In this document: piece by piece, positions 28,633 to 31,202 of the stretch | How the letters are laid out: each line of letters starts with the position of its first letter | How positions within the stretch are numbered: the stretch's first letter is position 1 | Assembly (NCBI GenBank): GCA_005222975.1 | Contig: NJBI01000041.1 | Coordinates: forward strand, 1 to 31,202 | Length of the DNA: 31,202 nucleotides | Source of the DNA: Promethearchaeota archaeon Loki_b31 | GTDB lineage: Archaea; Asgardarchaeota; Lokiarchaeia; Sigyniarchaeales; SOKP01 | Direction of reading: 5' to 3' | Notes under the pieces: model-generated | Database searches by the model: none | Seen by the model: only the letters and a program-made list of their open reading frames with translations | What the model was told of the DNA's origin: nothing | Program-made: the position numbers and the translations under genes

Positions 28633-29550
28633 TTATGTGCCTCCTCTTGCGATTTTTTGTATTTTAGCGTATTCTTCTGAGTACTCCGGTTTATCTGGCT
28701 CGTATCTAAATTCACCAATTATGTATTTATTAAACAATTCTTCTTCACTCATGAATTTCGCTTGGTTTTTTCTTATGCTATTTCGCTTAATCCATTCTAT
28801 CATCTTACCTGCTGTATCCATTTTTTCTCCTTTTTCTCCTAAATATTCAGCTCCTAAACTACTTAAATTTTTTCTACCAAAATAGGTAACACAAGGCGTG
28901 ATTAGTTCAATTACTGAAGTACCTTTATGTTTTAAGGCTTTTCTGAAATATTTCATGAAAGTACGAGGATGAGCAACGGTAGTTCGTGCTACATAAGTTG
29001 CACCAGCTGCAAGAGCAAGTTCCACTCCATCGCTTCTATTTTCAAACATTTTATATGGCGTTGTCGTACTATTAGCACCGTATAGAGTCGTTGGTGCACC
29101 TTGACCACCTGTCATTGCGTAAATACTATTATTAAATATTAATATAACACAATCTATATTTCGGCGACAGGTATGGATAAAATGATTCCCTCCAATTCCT
29201 AAACAATCGCCATCTCCTGTAAATATTATAGGTTTCATTTGAGGGTTGGCCATTTTCATGCCAGTTGCTAACGAGGGTGCACGACCGTGAAGCGATAAAA
29301 CTTTTTGGGTAGCATGATGTACTAGTAATAACATCTGACTATAGCATCCAATACCGATAACTAACGGGTATAATTTTGGATCTAGTTTTTCGTCTTCAAA
29401 TATTCGAGTAAATATATGCCCGATGATCCCATAACCGCATCCAGCGCAAAACCTAGACGAATAATTACCCAATAAATGGCCCGCATAAGAGATTAATACG
29501 TAAGGATTCTCTGGTTTCTCGTTTGGAAACATCGGTCCTATTCCCGACAT
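28633..29550 (-). CDS. korB: 2-oxoacid:ferredoxin oxidoreductase beta (TPP-binding) subunit
   Basis: FCAGCG, GIGC, LHGRA, GDGD...NNSIYAMTGGQ and PCVT. Confidence 0.9.
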   Translation of the reverse strand: MSGIGPMFPNEKPENPYVLISYAGHLLGNYSSRFCAGCGYGIIGHIFTRIFEDEKLDPKLYPLVIGIGCYSQMLLLVHHATQKVLSLHGRAPSLATGMKMANPQMKPIIFTGDGDCLGIGGNHFIHTCRRNIDCVILIFNNSIYAMTGGQGAPTTLYGANSTTTPYKMFENRSDGVELALAAGATYVARTTVAHPRTFMKYFRKALKHKGTSVIELITPCVTYFGRKNLSSLGAEYLGEKGEKMDTAGKMIEWIKRNSIRKNQAKFMSEEELFNKYIIGEFRYEPDKPEYSEEYAKIQKIARGGT

Positions 29551-30719
29551 TAATTAGCCACCTCCTTAATAACTTTTAAAATGTCATGTGGATGATGAAT
29601 TTCACATGCATTTGGAATTCTAATAACTGGTGTGTTAAGCTCAGTTACCCGTTCGACTTGTTCTGCTATAACTCCCGTATAGTTTAACTCAGGAACTATA
29701 ACTGCTTTAACATCCTTAACGGTTTCTTTAACTTTTTTATCGGGAAAAGGCCAGATTGTTATAAGTCTGAAAATTCCAACCTTTATTCCTTCTTTCCGTG
29801 CTAAATCAACCGCACGATAACTAGTTCTAACAGGTAGACCATAAGCAATTATAACTATTTCAGCATCATCCAATTTGTATGATTCTGTTAGCGAAATTTT
29901 ATCTAAATTGCTAGTTATTTTATCGATCATCATTTCTATAAATTTAAGTGGTTTAGGTGTCGGTAAACCTTCGTAATTATGAGGTTGAGAGAGGAACATT
30001 CCTGGGCAATAATCAGTACCCATAACCGGCGGTTTAGGGATAACATATTTCCCAAGGTTCTCGTCTTTATAAGAAAATTTTTTGGTAAAATCATTCGGTA
30101 ATTCGCGGTCGATTACTCTCTTTAACACTTCTTCTTGTTTTGGTATATTAACTACTTCGTGAAGGTGTCCTAAATAGGCATCTGACATAATAAACACTGG
30201 GCAACGGTATGTCTCAGCAAAATTAAATGCCGTAATTGTTAAATCATATAATTCTTGACAACTCATTGGTGCTAATGTTATAACTTGAAATTCACCATTT
30301 CCCGCAAAGCGCATTAACCCTATATCATTATGATGCGGTTCTGTTACATAGCCCGTCCCAGGACCATTACGCTGTACATCACAAAAAACAAACGGGATTT
30401 CTAAATTTGCTGCCATTGAGATCGTTTCGGTCATTAAAGAAAGACCAGGACCAGAAGTTGCTGTCATAGCCTTAGCACCAACTAAAGAAGCCCCAATTAC
30501 AGAATTAATAGAAGCTATTTCGTCCTCCATTTGCATACAAACACCTCCAATTTGTGGTAACCTAACAGAAAGGTGTTCAATAACTTCCGTACTTGGCGTG
30601 ATAGGGTAACCTCCAAAAAATTTCAGACCCGCAGCTATAGCGCCTTCGGACATCGCTATATTTCCCATCATCAAATGCTTACCTTCTGGTAAGAATCTTT
30701 TATTATTTCCTATATCCAT
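29550..30719 (-). CDS. korA: 2-oxoacid:ferredoxin oxidoreductase alpha subunit
   Basis: GYPITPSTE, QMEDEIAS, TATSGPG, QRNGP and VPELN. Confidence 0.9.
   Translation of the reverse strand: MDIGNNKRFLPEGKHLMMGNIAMSEGAIAAGLKFFGGYPITPSTEVIEHLSVRLPQIGGVCMQMEDEIASINSVIGASLVGAKAMTATSGPGLSLMTETISMAANLEIPFVFCDVQRNGPGTGYVTEPHHNDIGLMRFAGNGEFQVITLAPMSCQELYDLTITAFNFAETYRCPVFIMSDAYLGHLHEVVNIPKQEEVLKRVIDRELPNDFTKKFSYKDENLGKYVIPKPPVMGTDYCPGMFLSQPHNYEGLPTPKPLKFIEMMIDKITSNLDKISLTESYKLDDAEIVIIAYGLPVRTSYRAVDLARKEGIKVGIFRLITIWPFPDKKVKETVKDVKAVIVPELNYTGVIAEQVERVTELNTPVIRIPNACEIHHPHDILKVIKEVAN
29559..29565 (-). promoter_or_regulatory. Shine-Dalgarno for the beta subunit
   Basis: GGAGGTG 8 nt upstream of an ATG that overlaps the alpha stop (TAATG). 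Confidence 0.7.
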
Positions 30720-30724
30720 TTATT

Positions 30725-30731
30725 TCACCTC
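30725..30731 (-). promoter_or_regulatory. Shine-Dalgarno for the alpha subunit
   Basis: GAGGTGA 5 nt upstream of the ATG. Confidence 0.7.
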
Positions 30732-30732
30732 A

Positions 30733-31026
30733 TTATGCTTTGGCTTTGTTTGCAATATTATTATTTTTTGAATCATCTACAATGTATAAACACCAATCTG
30801 GACATCCATATTCGCATCGCTTACACGCTGTACAATATTTTGCTTTCCCATCTTTAACTCGTGGGATATATGCAATTCTCATATTTAACTCGTCTCCCAT
30901 CTCCAAAATACCCGTTGGGCACAAATAGACACAGGCTTGACAACCGCCACACCTATTTTTATTTAGGAATAATGAAAACTTCTTCTCTTCGTTCTCTAAC
31001 AATTTTGGAATTTTAGACCAACTCAC
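30733..31026 (-). CDS. korD: 2x[4Fe-4S] ferredoxin (oxidoreductase delta subunit)
   Basis: CGGCQACVYLCP and CTACKRCEYGCP; first gene of a delta-alpha-beta-gamma operon; GTG start. Confidence 0.88.
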   Translation of the reverse strand: MSWSKIPKLLENEEKKFSLFLNKNRCGGCQACVYLCPTGILEMGDELNMRIAYIPRVKDGKAKYCTACKRCEYGCPDWCLYIVDDSKNNNIANKAKA

Positions 31027-31202
31027 TATTTATCTGATATTTTATTTAAATATTTTTATCTTTATATATTTCAATTTCTTGAGTTACTAAGTTATTAATT
31101 TCTATTAAATTTTTAATTAAATCTGGAAATCTTCTAACTCGACAAAATTCTATTTCTTTTTTGATTAGAGCTGATATTATTATTTAAAGAATCGATAAAG
31201 TC

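Noticed and set aside
2367-30928. Short antisense or overlapping ORFs in the track (e.g. 2367-2687, 5321-5533, 6851-7063, 12061-12345, 15541-15990, 17649-17981, 21122-21457, 23184-23528, 26455-26703, 28568-28885, 30740-30928)
   Set aside because: They lie opposite or across well-supported genes and have no motifs. The similarity of 17649-17981 to 21122-21457 only mirrors the paralogous ATPases.
1-31202. CRISPR array, rRNA or IS element
   Set aside because: No repeat-spacer periodicity, rRNA-like segment, transposase or terminal inverted repeats were seen.

Overview
AT-rich archaeal chromosomal window, probably from an Asgard (Loki-type) archaeon. This is inferred from the intron-containing tRNA, the FrhB domain, the methanogenesis-marker-9 domain and the protein content; it is not proven. 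About 28 genes are present, mostly housekeeping or metabolic: a truncated RtcB-like gene plus a glycosyltransferase, VOC, DHH, Mmp9, tRNA-His, PhnN-like kinase, two regulators, Zn-dehydrogenase, MBL hydrolase, LAGLIDADG endonuclease, lsrF-type aldolase/thiolase, M28 peptidase, two tandem ABC ATPase + permease-CPBP operons, two EamA transporters around a UroD-family gene, and a 2-oxoacid:ferredoxin oxidoreductase operon ending in an FrhB-PyrK fusion. Main result: the apparently truncated lsrF gene is interrupted by a 32-nt insert (11802-11833) that folds into a bulge-helix-bulge (BHB) motif. Cutting at the standard BHB positions restores the frame and the conserved GVDMGRN motif, so this is a predicted tRNA-type intron in an mRNA. 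Directly downstream are a free-standing LAGLIDADG gene and then a displaced, synonymously diverged copy of the lsrF 3' end. The same 'gene 3' end / cargo ORF / diverged 3' end remnant' layout occurs independently at the FrhB-PyrK gene. tRNA-His carries a similarly built 27-nt intron at the non-canonical position 15/16. All alignments, folds and counts were done by hand; no databases were searched.
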